From the human T2T-CHM13v2.0 reference genome, Homo sapiens, in the NCBI RefSeq assembly GCF_009914755.1, contig NC_060925.1: a stretch of DNA of 64,000 bases. One strand, 5' to 3'. This document shows positions 63,121 to 64,000 of this stretch, piece after piece. The notes below the pieces were generated by a model. The model was not told where the DNA came from. It saw nothing but the letters and a program-made list of their open reading frames with translations, and searched no databases. Position 1 is the stretch's first letter. The number at the start of each line of letters is the position of its first letter. A program made the translations under genes and the position numbers.

Positions 63121-63566
63121 TTTTTAAGAGATGGGGGTCTCAGGCCAGGCGCAGTGGCTCACACCTATAATCCCAACACTTTGGGAGGCTGAGTCGAGCA
63201 GATCACCTGAGGTCAGGAGTTCGAGACCAGCCTGGCCAACATGGTGAAACCCTGTCTCTACTAAAAATACAAAAAAAAAAAAAAAAAATTGGCCGGGCAT
63301 GGTGACACATGCCTGTAATCCCAGCTACTTGGGAGGCTGAAGCAGAATTGCTTGAACCCGGGAGGCGGAGTGCAATGAGCTGAGATCACGGCACTGCACT
63401 CCAGCCTGGATGACAAGAGTGAGACTCTATGTCGAAAAACAAAAAATAAAGAGATTGGGGTCTCACTATGTTGCCAGGCTGATCTCAAAGTCCTGGGCTC
63501 AAGCAATCCTCCTGCCTCGGCCTCCCGAAGTGCTGGGATTACAGGCATGAACCGCTGCACCCAGCC
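63078..63566. mobile_element. Antisense FLAM-like monomer interrupted by a sense AluS (63143-63447)
   Basis: TSD AAGAGAT(G/T)GGGGTCTCA. Confidence 0.85.
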
Positions 63567-64000
63567 CTCCCTAATTAATGTCTGACCCAATTCCCTCCAC
63601 CCTGTTCTGTTTGGTGAAGATTTCTTTTTTTTTTTTTTTTACCAATGGGTTCCTAAAGCAGTTTTATGCTTTGGTAAAGCTTGGTTGTTAAACCTGTTGT
63701 TTGAAACTCTGTTCTGGCTCTTGCCTCACATGTGGCCATGTGGCCTTGCTGCCAGACAGCAGCCTTCCTTCTGTATCACAACAGCTTTTTCCACATTCAG
63801 AGGCAGAGCTCTGGCATTCTTCCCATTTCAAAACCCTTGACTCCATATCAGATTGCCCATACAGTCCCTCTTCCCCACATGAGCCCTGGCTACTCCTTAT
63901 CTTGTCCGGAAAGAACTGACTGACAGGTGCTGAGCTCACCGGGAAATTTATTTCAAATTTCAAACCCTATGTACTGCTCCTTGTCTTCTGATAATACTCA

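Overview
Primate genomic DNA, almost certainly human (AluY copies; the protein matches human PMCA4). The whole window lies inside ATP2B4, the plasma-membrane Ca2+-ATPase 4 (P2B-type ATPase), on the + strand. Bases 1-19940 are the distal part of intron 1; the non-coding exon 1 lies upstream of the window. Exon 2 (19941-20597) carries 464 nt of 5'UTR and the ATG at 20405. Eighteen coding exons (2-19) splice at GT-AG sites in consistent phase into c.1-3132 (aa 1-1044). They include the TGES, PEGL, DKTGTLT (phospho-Asp465), KGASE, TGDN and GDGTND motifs and the 36-nt alternative site-A exon. The calmodulin-binding C-terminal exons lie beyond base 64000. The introns hold about 45 Alus, MIR/L2/L1M relics, MER5/MER81 DNA-transposon fossils, a MER21-type LTR and microsatellites. 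I found no new gene or unknown system. The most notable points are: (1) the GATA-rich erythroid enhancer upstream of exon 2, apparently in its GATA-broken, malaria-associated allele state and containing a 71-bp tandem duplication; (2) a CRE plus RFX X-box and two uORFs inside exon 2; (3) a reconstitutable 5' splice site at the start of the site-A exon, a possible recursive-splicing route to the z isoform; (4) two templated insertions in intron 15 copied from nearby Alus. Repeat boundaries and subfamilies are by-eye estimates, and rsIDs and literature are from memory.
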